Shown here one piece after another: positions 28,263 to 42,810 of a stretch of DNA of 64,000 nt (the first letter of the stretch is position 1; the number at the start of each line of letters is the position of its first letter). This DNA comes from Octopus sinensis. Its lineage: Eukaryota. The translations under genes and the position numbers were made by a program. The DNA is taken from assembly GCF_006345805.1 (NCBI RefSeq), contig NC_042999.1, positions 53,940,001 to 54,004,000 of the forward strand. The letters are read 5' to 3'. The notes below the pieces were generated by a model that did no database searches, had not been told where the DNA came from, and was given only the letters and a program-made list of their open reading frames with translations.

Positions 28263-28939
28263 CAATTTGAGATATGTGTGCCAATATCTTACATATATAT
28301 GTCTTTGATTGATGTATTTCTGAAAGATCACTTATTTCCTGAGAGCTGTGTTTTGTCGTAAATCACATTTATGGTCTGCGTGTAGGAAAGGCGAGGCAGA
28401 AACTACATCCCTCCTCTAATATGAATAAACAGCACAGCATCGTAGTTCACTGTTAGTAAACCATCCTTAATACTACGGTATGATTACATCGATCATTGAT
28501 CTGTAGATTTAATGGAATATATAAAAAAAATTTTTCTAGACGTGTTAAAGCACACCACAAGTTGCTGCCGCAAAAACAATTTTAATTAATCATCTCCGAA
28601 TGGGTTGGCTAAAGCAGAACTTTTAACCGAATGCTTTGTGTTTTAGTATAAATCATAGCAGTGAGCTTCCATTAATGTGTTTTTTCTTTCAAAACCAGAT
28701 TGAATTCCTCAACTGGATTACTGCAGCGTTATTTTGATGGTGCTTCGTTAATTGTAAGTATTAAGAATGAACATGGGAAAAGTGATCTAAATTAATCTGT
28801 CCAGAAATTACAGACGAGAAATGTTGAATCTGATCTTGTATAGAACAGATCGGTTACAAATCACGATTTTGTTATTTTAAGTTGGTTCTTAAACCGACCG
28901 ATCATTTGTTGGCTTCTCTCTTATATATATGTATATATA

Positions 28940-28987
<48 letters not shown>

Positions 28988-29209
28988 TATATATATATAT
29001 TCAGCTAGTTATGTGCGTATATATAACATCATATATCTCTCTGCGTGTACATATATATTAAAACATACCAATCTACCTACCTATATACATTATTTATTTC
29101 CATTTTGGAAATATTAGAATATACCTACTTACACACGTACAAATAAACATACATGCATACCTAGATTCGTGTATACGTAGTACATATATATGAACATAGA
29201 TACGTATTA

Positions 29210-29335
29210 ACAGACAGACGGCTACATAGATAGATAGACGGACAGACAGACAGACAGATAGGCAGACAGACAGACGGGCATACAGACAGACAGAGACAGG
29301 CAGACAGACTGATATGTATATATATATATATATAT

Positions 29336-29377
<42 letters not shown>

Positions 29378-29393
29378 GGATATACAGATGATG

Positions 29394-29459
<66 letters not shown>

Positions 29460-29465
29460 CAGACA
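29210..29465. repeat. (GACA)/(GATA)n array
   Basis: Directly visible. Similar GATA arrays occur at 2349-2500 and 10650-10790. Confidence 0.95.
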
Positions 29466-30159
29466 GTCGTATTGTTTTATAAAGTTTGCTATTGCTAGTA
29501 AGAGGTGATATTGCATTGACACGAAAACATCACATGTGAAGTATCTTGTTACCGGAACCAGGTGACATTACTGCCCTCGTGTGGTTAGTGCCGGAAGGAA
29601 AGAATCATCACGTACGATGGAAACATTTGAAGCTAGAACATGGCAGTTTCGAAATATTGTGGCATCGGAAATTAGATCGATCGACTTTTTGAGCGTTTTG
29701 GTAGAAAAGAAAAATGGGTGAAACAATACGAAAGAAAGAAAGAAAGAAAGAAAGAACGGCTGGAAGGAAGGAAGAGTAGGTCATGTAGTAACGTAAAGGT
29801 GTTAGATTCTAAGGGCCCTTGCCTATCACAAGTGAATGGATTTATTAAGCTGAAGTCGCGTTTAAAATTTTGATATTACAAGAGGAAGGTCAGTTGGTTT
29901 AGGTCAGGAGATTTATGTATTGTGTCCATGCAAGGACAAGTTCATAATAACCTGGTAAAATATTGATACGGTTGCTACCTCCTACTACAAGTACCGCTAC
30001 TAAAACTTTTATTACAACTGCTAGTAGTGATGGTGGTGGTAGTAGTGGTGGTGGTGGTGTTGGTGTTGGTGCTAATGATGGTGGTGGTGGTGGTGTGGTG
30101 GTGGTGGTGGTGGTGGTTGGTGGTGGTTTCGCGGCGGCAGTGGTGGTGGCGGTGGCGGT

Positions 30160-30560
30160 GGTTCTAATTGCACGTGATAAATTCCTAACCACAAACCAAC
30201 GAAAATATAATACATGGTAATACAAAATAAAGTAATATATAACAAAGCAATCGCGCCCCCCACATCGCTTCCGGTTATCCAATCAGCAGAAGGTTTGAAT
30301 ATATCTGCAGACATGACGATGTAGGCAGTTTTATCGAGTTGGCATTGTGCCGATGCGTCCTAATTAAAACCGAGAATGAATTGCATAAAAACACAACAAA
30401 TAATCGGTAAAGTGTGACTGCTAGCATAGAGGACAGGAAGACCAACGCGAACTGTCAGGAGATATATTTATCTCCCGATAGAAACCTCAATTCTTCACCC
30501 CAAAATGGAAATAAATTTTCGGGGTTAGGAAAGTAGAAGGATCGGGTAATATAAAAACGA
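30160..30560. promoter_or_regulatory. Promoter/enhancer-like motif cluster
   Basis: CACGTG 30171, TCGCGCCC 30251, CTTCCGG 30268, CCAATCAG 30279 and TAATTAAAA, next to a (GGT)n array at 30025-30160. Confidence 0.3.
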
Positions 30561-30597
30561 AAGATTCAGGTGAAAAGAGTAAAATTATATTATATTA

Positions 30598-30832
30598 AAG
30601 GCGGCGAGCTGGCAGACACGTTAGCGCGCCGGGCGAAATGCGTAGCCGTATTTCGTCTGCCGCTACGTTCTGAGTTCAAATTCCGCCGAGGTCGACTTTG
30701 CCTTTCATCCTTTCGGGGTCGATAAATTAAGTACCAGTTACGCACTGGGATCGATGTAATCGACTTAATCCGTTTGTCTGTCCTTGTTTGTCCCCTCTGT
30801 GTTTAGCCCCTTGTGGGTAGTAAAGAAATATA
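30598..30832 (+). mobile_element. SINE family B, complete and consensus-like
   Basis: AAGGCGGCGAGCTGGCAG head, B box, Deu/Nin-like block and AAAGAAATA end. Confidence 0.9.
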
Positions 30833-30989
30833 TATTAATAAGTAAAAATTACATCATCACCTTTCTTGCCGTTGTCATCAACATCATCATCATCCTCGTC
30901 ATTTCCATCATCACCACCGTCGTCGTCATCTTCATCATCCTCTTCATCGTCATCCTTATTGCGTGTCATCTGTTTTCAACAGGTTGAAT

Positions 30990-31600
30990 ATCAAGGATCT
31001 CCATTCTTACACATTCACCATATGAGAGTTTAGTCACGTCGTCCTTTTTGTTATCAAACCAGATAGTTCTTGATCTCCCCCTCCAGCCTTTGTATTTATC
31101 TTTCATTCAGTAATGGTGTTAGTATGACTTGCACTCTTACAACCTAAACAAAGTACTTTTGTATCATTTCTTTAATAGCTGGGAGTAATCATCATTATTG
31201 CATTTGCCAGTTGCAGCATTTCTTCATTAGCTTTATATTTTGTCCAAGATATTCTTAACATTCTTAACATAAGATACGTCGGAACCGCTGTCCTTCATTC
31301 TTTCCTCAAAATACTCAAAACAGGTTAAATTAACTATTCTCACTGCCCATTTCCACCTACTTTCAACGCAAGACTGAATCTGCCAACAAACACCAAGCAA
31401 AATATATTAAATGCCGAGTTAAAAAGCAACAGATCTTCGCAGATTGTTGCTGCTCCCGTTTCATGTTTTTAGAAAAGAAGCCATTCATTGTTTTGAGATT
31501 TTGGTTACTATGGAGAAGGTAACATCTATAATTCGATATGCCAGCAACATAAGCTCTTAGCTTGAGTAGGATGCCTTACAAAATTTATCAGTTTTTGTAA
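30990..31600 (-). mobile_element. Decayed LINE-like fragment (possibly RTE)
   Basis: Weak residual motifs only. Confidence 0.25.
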
Positions 31601-31881
31601 TAATATTTCACAAAAATTTTCGCACAAATCCTGACAGAAGACAAACCAAATTCGAAATAATAATACAAGACATTACACTATAATGTGGTCATATCTAATG
31701 ACATCAGTTTGACATTTGCTTGCTGTTGTTGTTTAGCCTTATCGAGTAAGTGTATGGACATAGGTGTAAAAACCATGTTTACGCCGTGTTTTTCAAAATG
31801 CAGTCAGGGTTGTTGATGGCAGAATCTTTAGAGAACTGAACAAAATACCTTGCTGCACTTTTTCTAGGCCTTTCCTTTCTA

Positions 31882-33139
31882 TCAGGTCATCCCATAAGTT
31901 CTGTCCGAATTTTGAATAAAGAAAACAAGTGATCAAATGTAATATTTTATTGAAATTTAATCATCAATGTACTTTCTCTGATTATCTATGACTTCTTTCC
32001 ATCTATTTACAAGCTTTTTAATCCCACCACTGTAAAACTCTGAAGTCTGAAATGTCAGTTTCGACCTCCTCCTGGCTTGCGAAAGTTATGTCTCCCAAAT
32101 GATTCTGTAAACTACGAAACAAATGGTAATCTGAAGGATCAAGGTTGTGAGAATAAGGCGGATGATGAATTTTTCCAAACCAAGCTCTTCTGTGATGTGA
32201 TCTTTGCAGTGTGGGGTCGCATATTGTCCTGATGAAACATCACCCCTTTTCGATTCACTAAAGCGTGTCTTTTTTCTTCAAAGCTTGGTTCAAACGCCCT
32301 AACTGCTGACAGTAGACTTAAGCATTGATTGTTGCATTAGGTGGTAAAAATTCAAAGTGAATTACTCCTTTGCAATCCCACCAGATAGAGGGAACCTTTT
32401 TCCCATGAAGTTCTCTTCTCGGTTGTGGTTGAGCTTTTCCCTTTAACCAAACCACTGTTTACGGCGTTTAACATTTTGATAGAAGATCCATTTTTCGTCA
32501 CCAGTTACAAGTCTATCCAAAAAGGGTGAAATGAGTTCCTGAGAATGGAGAGAAGAGCAGATGTCAACTCGGGATTTGCAGTTGCTTTCGGATAATACAT
32601 GAGGCACCCATTTTTCAAGTTTAGGAACCTTTCCAAGTTGTTGAAGATGACGATGAACAGTTGTATGGTTTGTACTAAGATTTACTGCCAATTCTTCAAC
32701 TGATAATGCAGCATTTTCTTCAAGTAATGCCTCAAGGAGCTTATTATCAAACCCAACTGGATGTCCTGTTCGATCTTCATCTTTAAGTTTGAAATCTCTA
32801 CTTCTGAATTTTGCAAACCATCTTCTGCATGCTCTTTCATTCAAGCATTCCTTTCCATAAACTGATTGTATGTTTCGAGTCACTTCGGCTGCAGAGTTTC
32901 CTTTTTTGTACTCATAAAGCATTATGTGCCTCAAATGCTCTTCGGATACTTCTATGTTAGAAAAGGTTTTAATCAAAGAAATTTTAAATCTATTATTCTA
33001 TACAATGATATTTAATTAGTTTAAATGTACACAAATGCATAAAAATAATTTTTAATTCCATTAGATATTCTAAAATACTATAAAATTTCATTCAGTTATA
33101 AAAATGGTAAAATCGGACAGAACTTATGGGATGACCTGA
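31882..33139 (-). mobile_element. Full-length mariner (DD34D) transposon, 1258 bp, with ~30 bp TIRs
   Basis: TIR TCAGGTCATCCCATAAGTTCTGTCCGA at the left and its reverse complement at the right. TA on the left, TT on the right. Confidence 0.92.
31960..32976 (-). pseudogene. Mariner transposase pseudogene
   Basis: ORF 32443..32976 has the HTH region, WVPHVL and TGDEKW. Downstream frames give HQDNMRPH and PYSHNLDPSDYHLF, with a stop and frameshifts. Confidence 0.9.
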
Positions 33140-34458
33140 TTGTTTAACCTAAGTATTGATCTAACTTTAAATTTCAACCTCCTACAGATCATTAAAATTA
33201 CCAATGCTAATCGAATTGGGATTAAAAGCATTGCGATCGATCTAATCAACTATAAACCAGGAGAGATGGGCCCTACGGTGATCTGACATCTTCAACTTTG
33301 ATCTGGTAATTCTTGCAACCCTGCCAAGCTGTATTGGTCTTAGTTCTACCACTTGGACAAACCGTTGTCGTGAAGAGGAGAAAATTGAATATGTCGGTAG
33401 ACGCTAGTCTACCAAACATTAACTAGAGGAGTGCCGAAGGGACAACACCCCACTGCCGTTTCCTTTCAATATACCAACACACAGACAGACGGAAGCAGAT
33501 CCATGAAGTCATCAGATATACAGACGCTAAAACAAAACAGTTTTTTTTCAGGGTTACATTTAACAAACTTTGGAAGTGTGAGGGAAATGTCGTTGTTATT
33601 TCTTCAGGGTTAAGTGACCACGAGTATGTTCCCTCGTTATTTGTTATTTGCAAGAGTTTAAACATCAATTAGATTACTCGTTAAGTTATATTCCACAGAT
33701 TAACCTACCACGAGGTCAGTTAGTACAAGAATCATTGCTGATGGCATTGACAGATGTAACTGCGACCGGAAACCAAGCATGTAATACTCTAAAGCGGCAC
33801 AAATTACTGCATTTATTGATGCCTAGGACTCTTCTTGTGATAGAATATGAAGAAACTTGACAGAATCGTAAGAAATGGAGAGCAGCGATGTGAAGAATTG
33901 TGGTAGAATTCCCTATGATCTCTGGAAGCGGCCATTTTGGCATAATCATGTAAACGAAGAACATTAATCATGGCAATAATTCTGAGATAGTTTTATTGGG
34001 AAAACAGAATCGAAACTGAAACTATATTTCTGTGAATTCTAATTGGGTAACAACAAAATTATCAATTTAATATCATAAAACTTGACAAAGAAATTAACGT
34101 TTCGGGTTGTTTTTTTTTTCCTTTTTTTTTTTTCTTTTTGTCTCTCATATTTCAAAGAAAAAGAGAGCGCAACCGTTGTAAAGTATAAAAGAAGATAAAC
34201 CAATATAAGAATATATACTAATAGAATATACGCATGTTCTTGGAGATTGGAATACGGATATAATTGTAAGTTATTCCCTCAAGAATTATAAAATATTCAG
34301 AGCGAAAAATATGGTAAATATTAACGGATTAGATATGTATGCGTATATACACGCATATAGCACACGCACGCACGCAAAAACACACACACACAAAAGGGGA
34401 AAGACAGACAGAGAGGGAGATAGATAGATAATGTATGTATAAGTGTGTATATATACAT

Positions 34459-34513
<55 letters not shown>

Positions 34514-34867
34514 ATATATATTCACGTATATTATATGAGTGTATAAATATGTGGGTATATATATATATATGTGTATGTTTTACAGTTTACAACTGTAGTG
34601 ACATGGCCATCACTTTAAAATGTAACTGGAAGTAAGACGGGGTGATCCCGTTAGAAATAATATTGATCACAGATCTAGCTTTGGTCACGACTGGAATGCT
34701 TTTAATTAGTATTGAACTGGGGTTAAAGTGCAACAACAACAACAACAACAACAACAACAGTGAACATTTTTCGGTACTGGTAGACGACATGATACACCCA
34801 CACTAACTTCCTTCATTACATAGATAAAGCGGCTAGGCTGAAAATGGTGAATGATGTGATTTCTTCA

Positions 34868-35287
34868 TACCTATTTCTTTATTACCCACAAGGGGCTAAA
34901 CATAGAGAGGACAAACAAGGACAGACAAAGGTATTAAGTCGATTACATGGACCCCAGTGCGTAACTGGTACTTAATTTATCGACCCCGAAAGGATGAAAG
35001 GCAAAGTCGACCTCGGCGGAATTCGAACTCGACGTAACGGCAGACGAAATACCTATTTCTTTACTACCCACAAGGGGCTAAACACAGAGAGGACAAACAA
35101 GGACAGACAAACTGATTAAGTCGATTATATCGACCCCAATGCATAACTGGTACTTAATTTATCGACCCCGAAAGGATGAAAGGCAAAGTCGACCTCGGCG
35201 GGATTTGAACTCAGAACGTAACGGCAGATGAAATACCGCTAAGCATTTCGCCCAGCGTGCTAACGTTTCTGCCAGCTCGCCGCTTTT
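34868..35287 (-). mobile_element. SINE family B tandem dimer (full copy plus a 182 bp internal re-entry copy)
   Basis: Junction at 35053/35054 reads AAAGAAATA|GGTATTTCGTCTG on the element strand. Confidence 0.85.
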
Positions 35288-35748
35288 TTGATTTTGTGAT
35301 TGCTTCATACCGACACTCGGGAGACCAATACCGAACGAACACGAGAACAGGAACAACGGCAGCCAACACATAAGGCCTTAATTTCATAGAAGAAAAAAGT
35401 TCAAAAAGGTCCTATCCTCCTCCTTTCGACGCAGAATGTCGTCTGTTAGAAGAGATGACGGTTTTATTTCCGAACGCGTTGAGCAAATCAAATACCGGAT
35501 CCTTCCTTGCGCTCGTTCGCTAGAGTACAGAACATCATTTTATCTTACATAGCATCTATTTATAAAAATAATAGAGAAATATACTTCACGGAGCACGAGA
35601 TTACAGTACGTTTGGCAAATCACTCTGTTTGCCTATCTTTCTTTCTTTCTCTATATTCAAATTTATATGTGTGTGTGAGTATATATACATACACACACAG
35701 AGATACAATATATAAATATATATCATATGCGCTCATGCACACAAGTAA

Positions 35749-35785
<37 letters not shown>

Positions 35786-36316
35786 GTTTTTGCTTTTGTT
35801 GTTGCTGTTGCAATGCGTGTGTGTGTGTCAGTGTCTCCATCCTTCTGAATGATTCTATCTTCAGAGACATAAATCTTACACAATGGCTTAAAGAGAAGAG
35901 AGAGAGAGAGAGAGAGAGAGAAATAAGAAAGCAGGGATTATGTTGTGTGTAATCCCAGGCGTGGGAGGGCGCTAGTAGAGTGTGTGTGTATGCATGCATG
36001 CGATATCTGTGTGTGCGTATGTATTGTGATTATGTGTGTGCGTGTGTGTGTGTGTTTAAGTGAGTACGTGAGAGTATATGTGCATGTAGAGGTGTGTATG
36101 TGTGTTTGTATGTGTGTGTGTGTGGTGTGTGTGTGCGTGCGTGTGTGGGTGTGTGTGTTGAACTAAACTACAACTAAACGCTCTGAACTTAATCAGGTGT
36201 CACGCTAATCCAATGACAAGCAGATCAAAAGCAAAAATTCAGTTTAAAATACATCGGATTGTGTTAACACGTACAGTCAGACATGCTCATATATATATAT
36301 ATATATATATATATGC

Positions 36317-36348
<32 letters not shown>

Positions 36349-36481
36349 TATATGCATACATACATACATATATATATACACACACACACATACTCATGCG
36401 CACAAATTGTACAATAAAACGGATGCATACAAGTTTACAGACGCCGACACACACATACACTCATATGAATGTATGTGCATA

Positions 36482-36521
<40 letters not shown>

Positions 36522-36774
36522 CATACACACACACATATATATATATATGTATACATACACACACAGGCACACACACATATATATCTTTATATATATATCT
36601 GTATCTAAATATATATTATACACACACACACACCAGACAAACAGATAAGTAAATAGATAGTTAGGACAGATGTAGCGTAAAATTGGTAGATATAAAACGT
36701 GTATGTGTACATACATATTAGTGTGTATGCATGCATATATCTATCTATTATCTATCTATCTATATATCTATCTC

Positions 36775-36839
<65 letters not shown>

Positions 36840-37479
36840 ATATTATATATATATTATATATATATGTATGTATTGAATGTATGTATGTATTACGAGCAAA
36901 ACGTTCCCCGTCCAATGGACGGTGCTGAGTTGTCAAACATTTAAACTAGATTAAGAAGCAAGCAAATAGACTTTTGTTTCTAAAATTCAAGTATTTTCAC
37001 TAAATTCAACTTGAAATAAAGCTCAAACAATCTTCATTCAATACAATAATGTTCTTCTTTCACTAAAAAAATACCCTTTTGTGTGTGTGTGTGGGGGGGG
37101 GTTAAGCTGTAAGGCAACAAAAATCATTTATTAGCAAGAAAATAGTATTTTCTTCCTTGAATAAAAAGCAATCAGTGTTTTCTTTTCATTAAAAAATAAT
37201 TAAGCATGCCTTTATTTCAATAAAATTTTTGATTTTGTTAAACGAAGTTAAGGCAAAAAAAAAAAAAATTCCTTGAGAAGCCAAATAGTCTTTCCTTCCT
37301 TCATGCCAAGTTTGAAGAAAATATCTCTTTTGCATCTTACTTTCTTGGTCTCTTAAATATGCTGCATTTTGTGGCATTATTTCAAGCCAACCGGCTTTCT
37401 TGGCGCAAACTACACAAGCATTTTTCTCGCGTGTGCGTAATATCGATCGCAGCAGCTGATATACTTGCGCGTACAAATG

Positions 37480-37652
37480 CACGTTCCCACGGCTTTATCG
37501 ATCGCATTCTCACCTGGAATCAATTTTTGTAATTCCTTCAAGACTTATACATGCCCTGATACCGTCGGCATCTACATATCAAATTTGAGCGCAATCGGAT
37601 GGAGGATGCCCGAGATCCTAGAAGACACACAGAACGGATTTTATATAATATA
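37480..37652 (+). mobile_element. Possible Helentron/HINE-like element end
   Basis: CATATCAAATTTGAGCGCAATCGGATG..GAGATC..ACACACAG..TTTTATATA resembles DINE-1/HINE-type ends. Confidence 0.3.
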
Positions 37653-37738
37653 TATATATATATATATATGTAGGTCCCGGGTTGATTCGGGGTTAACCAC
37701 AGTAAATAAGGTACTCAATACATAGCAGAGTAAAATTA

Positions 37739-37989
<251 letters not shown>

Positions 37990-38679
37990 TGGACTAATGG
38001 GTATACATCAATTAGTATGTTGTGATGTTGAGTAAAGCACTGACATGGTTGGGCTAGATGGGTCAATGGCATTTGGGATATATTTCAGTTGGATCTACTT
38101 CAGGAATTCTGCAGTGTTACCTGAGATAGTAATTGATTAAGTAAACGATCGTCTGCCAAAATAAAGACTAATACCAAATCCATCAATGCTGTCTTCTACA
38201 TAAATTCCTTATATGGAGCTATGACATCTCCTTTACCCCATTTCTATAATTAGAAAATCTTTATTGTCTCTTTTCATTTGTTCTCCCCTCTCAGAACCTT
38301 ACAGTAGTCTGGAACAACTGAATCTTAGTCAGTCAGTTGATGGGCTCCACTACCTCAAATGTTCTTAAAATTTAAATCCACATCTTTGTCTATGTATCTA
38401 CCTTCTCTATAATGTTGCCACTTGATATGAAAATTTTTGTATTAATGGAAAACCTCTATAATTGGCTGATGAGTGCTCAGCATTTTAAAACTGTTGTAAT
38501 ACTTACAACATTTAATAAAATGACGTTGTACGAAACGATCGTACCAAATTACCGGAGTCATTCTTGTTGCTTATTTTGATTATAATCACCCCACGGATTT
38601 TTATGGACAACACCACAAAGAATTCTGGTGCATCTAAATTAAGTACCATATTCATTTGAATCTAAATTTTTGGTGAACT

Positions 38680-38722
<43 letters not shown>

Positions 38723-38724
38723 TA

Positions 38725-38798
38725 TAACTTAGAATAACTTAGAAAGGTTTTGGCCAGTATTGGCCCAGGCCATGTCTAACTTAATAGCACCACCTGGC
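38725..38798 (-). mobile_element. 74 bp 3' stub of the young CR1-group LINE, inserted in (TA)n
   Basis: Identical over 74/74 nt to 42809-42882. Confidence 0.92.
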
Positions 38799-38841
38799 TA
38801 ATATAATATATTATATTATCTTATTATATATATATATATTA

Positions 38842-39335
<494 letters not shown>

Positions 39336-40136
39336 CGAAGGCAGACGAAGGGAGGCTGTAGTAGAAGAGCCTTGCCGAAGGTGCCATGAAATGGGACAGA
39401 ACCCGGAACCATGTGGTTAGGAGGCAAGCTTCTTACAACACAGTTTTATAACGTTGGCGTAATTCATTTTGTTTTCTCACGTATATTGTTTTTGATAATG
39501 GGATCGTCAATTCTACAGCTGGCATGCATTGGATTCCCATAACACGGCAAGTGTTGTAGCGCCTTATGTAGACATTGTGCTTTATTACAACATGTAATAT
39601 TCTGTTCTATGGCTTGATCTATTAATTTATTGAAACAACTGCTGTTGATGGGAGGATCTCTTTATATTTTTTCTGCTTTTTTTGCGGAGGATAAATGATC
39701 CGCTATCTCCTCATTTCATTTTTGCCATTTTGTGTCTCTGTGAATATTCGCTATCTCCAGCGAATATGCATGCATATATTAGTATCGTTGACGTAAGAGG
39801 ACGTCATGTGTCTGTTATTTTCTGTTTGGATATTTACTTCTCAAGATGGCGCTTGTTACGAACGTTGAATTTACTACAGATATGTCAAGCTTTTATTACT
39901 TGTCTTACTTCTTTTAGCCAGTAGACTGCGGCCATGCAGACATTTGCTCGAGGGGAAATGTGGTTGAAAAGGAAACTTCTTACCTAACGGCCCTAGATTT
40001 CTCTAAATTATATATTAAGCAAATCATTGAAGCATGGAGCGAATGAAGGACCTACGATTGAGCAGCCCTGAATGGCCCCTAGAACAACGAACGATAAATT
40101 TTACTGGATGCTTGGTCGAAATATTCTACTTTCTCC

Positions 40137-40214
<78 letters not shown>

Positions 40215-40295
40215 TACATACTCTCTCTCTCTCTCTTTAAATATAGATAGACATAGCGATAAATAGACAGACAGTCAGACAGACAAGGTGACAGG

Positions 40296-41310
40296 TAGAC
40301 AGATGTACATTATGGTATATCTTTCTCGTCTACGCTCTAAAGAATAGAGTCTCCATCTCTTCAGTCTTTCCCAGAAACCTGAAGATGCTATGCACTTGCA
40401 ATGAGAGTTGGATGAAATATACAAGTGGGCTGAAGAGAATAGCATGCAGTTTAATGCTGACAGTCTCAAGCCTTATGTTCAGCATGCAAAATTAAATGCA
40501 ATACAAAAATAAACTGGACCTGGAGGGATGGCAATCCCAGAGACACAGTCAGTGCGAGACCTGGGTATTTGCATGAGTAATGATGCATCCTTCCATGCGC
40601 ATATTGCTAAGCTGGCAATAAAATACAGGCGGCTGACCGGATAGATTCTAAGAATATTTAGAACGAGAGATCAGGACACTATGATGGTCCTCTGGAGGAC
40701 ATTTGCCCTAAGCCACTTTGTCTATTGCTCCTAGCTATAGTCACCAATCTGTTTAAAATTTATCGGAGAGCTGAAGTAATCCACGAAGCTACATGAAAAA
40801 GATAGCCTCTATGCAGCATATATGCTACTGGGAAAGACTTAAGAGATCGAGGCTCTATTCCTTAGAGAGTAGGCAAGAAAGATATGCCATAATATACATC
40901 TGGAAGATCCTAGAGGGACTTGTCCCAAAACTTTGGCATCGAGATTTACATTAATGCTATACCAGCGCGTCACTGCATCGTGCCAAAGACCCCAACTTTG
41001 CCATCAAGATACAGGACAAGATATTGTAACAGCCTGGGCTTTAGGGGACCACACCTCTTCAATATCCTCTTGAAGGACCTGAGAGGCCTACATGGGGTGG
41101 ATGTGTCTTCAAAACGAACCTAGACATCTAGCTGTCAAGTGTCCCAGACGAACCAACTTCACAGCAGGAAGTACAGATGAGGGCAGCGGCATCAAACTCT
41201 CTCATGCGCCAAACGTCAATTTCTAAAAAGAATTACTGAAGCAAAATTATGTAGCAACACCAAATGGCGGTGCCCGAGCATAGCCAAAGCTCATGAGCTG
41301 AAACTAGATC
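40296..41310 (+). mobile_element. Decayed CR1-group LINE 3' part (40380-41310, +), preceded by an inverted fragment of the same family (40296-40380, -)
   Basis: Translates to ELDEIYKWAEENSMQFNAD, VRDLG, MMVLWRTFAL, YWERL..LYSL and LEGLVP, with stops and frameshifts. The 3' tail is at 41262-41308. Confidence 0.85.
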
Positions 41311-41316
41311 TATTCA

Positions 41317-41347
<31 letters not shown>

Positions 41348-41348
<1 letters not shown>

Positions 41349-41729
41349 TCTTTTCTATTCTAGGCGCAAGGCACTAAATTTGGGGAGAGGGGGCCAGTTG
41401 AGTAGATCGACCCTAGTACGCAACTGGTACTTAATTTATCGACCTCGAAAGGATGAAAGGCAAAATCGATCTCGGCGGAATTTGAACTCAGAATGTAAAG
41501 ACTGACGAAATACCGCTAAGACGTTATAAAGTTCAAGACTTTGGAAAAAATTTCTTCAAGAAATCTCGGATAAACCTCCTACACCCGGAAATGTTTCTGT
41601 AAACAATAACTCCTCGAGTGGGCCATGTTGTCCGATCTTGACTTAAATGACTTCTCCAGGCGGTGATATTGAGTTATAACATGGCTTGGGCCAATACTGC
41701 CCGAAACTTATCAAAGTATATATGTGGTG

Positions 41730-41767
<38 letters not shown>

Positions 41768-42138
41768 TTTTCTATTCTAGGCGCAAGGCCCTAAATTTGG
41801 GGAGAGGGGGCCAGTTGAGTAGTCGACCCTAGTACGCAACTGGTACTTAATTTATCGACCTCGAAAGGATGAAAGGCAAAATCGATCTCGGCGGAATTTG
41901 AACTCAGAATGTAAAGACTGACGAAATACCGCTAAGACGTTATAAAGTTCAAGACTTTGGAAAAAATTTCTTCAAGAAATCTCGGATAAACCTCCTACAC
42001 CCGGAAATGTTTCTGTAAACAATAACTCCTCGAGTGGGCCATGTTGTCCGATTCTTGACTTAAATGACTTCTCCAGGCGGTGATATTGAGTTATACATGG
42101 CTTGGGCCAATACTGCCCGAAACTTATCAAAGTATATA

Positions 42139-42177
<39 letters not shown>

Positions 42178-42555
42178 TTTTCTATTCTAGGCGCAAGGCC
42201 CTAAATTTGGGGAGAGGGGGCCAGTTGAGTAGATCGACCCTAGTACGCAACTGGTACTTAATTTATCGACCTCGAAAGGATGAAAGGCAAAATCGATCTC
42301 GGCGGAATTTGAACTCAGAATGTAAGACTGACGAAATACCGCTAAGACGTTATAAAGTTCAAGACTTTGGAAAAAATTTCTTCAAGAAATCTCGGATAAA
42401 CCTCCTACACCCGGAAATGTTTCTGTAAACAATAACTCCTCGAGTGGGCCATGTTGTCCGATTCTTGACTTAAATGACTTCTCCAGGCGGTGATATTGAG
42501 TTATACATGGCTTGGGCCAATACTGCCCGAAACTTATCAAAGTATATATGTGTGT
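41348..42555. repeat. Tandem triplication of a ~410-417 bp unit: SINE B fragment (-), LINE 3' end (+), (TA)n
   Basis: Units start at 41348, 41765 and 42175 and are near-identical. Confidence 0.95.
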
Positions 42556-42745
42556 GTATATATATATATATATATAGTGTGTGTGTGTGTGTGTGTGTGT
42601 ACGTATATGTGTGTGTGTGTACGTATATATATATAAACTTTATATATTATATATAATGTCTATATATATATATTTATATATAAATGTGTAATATATATAT
42701 ATATATAATATATATTATATATATATATATATATATAAATGGTGT

Positions 42746-42808
<63 letters not shown>

Positions 42809-42810
<2 letters not shown>

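Noticed and set aside
41348-42555. CRISPR-like or other repeat-spacer array
   Set aside because: The units are whole ~415 bp duplicates made of eukaryotic SINE/LINE pieces, with no unique spacers.
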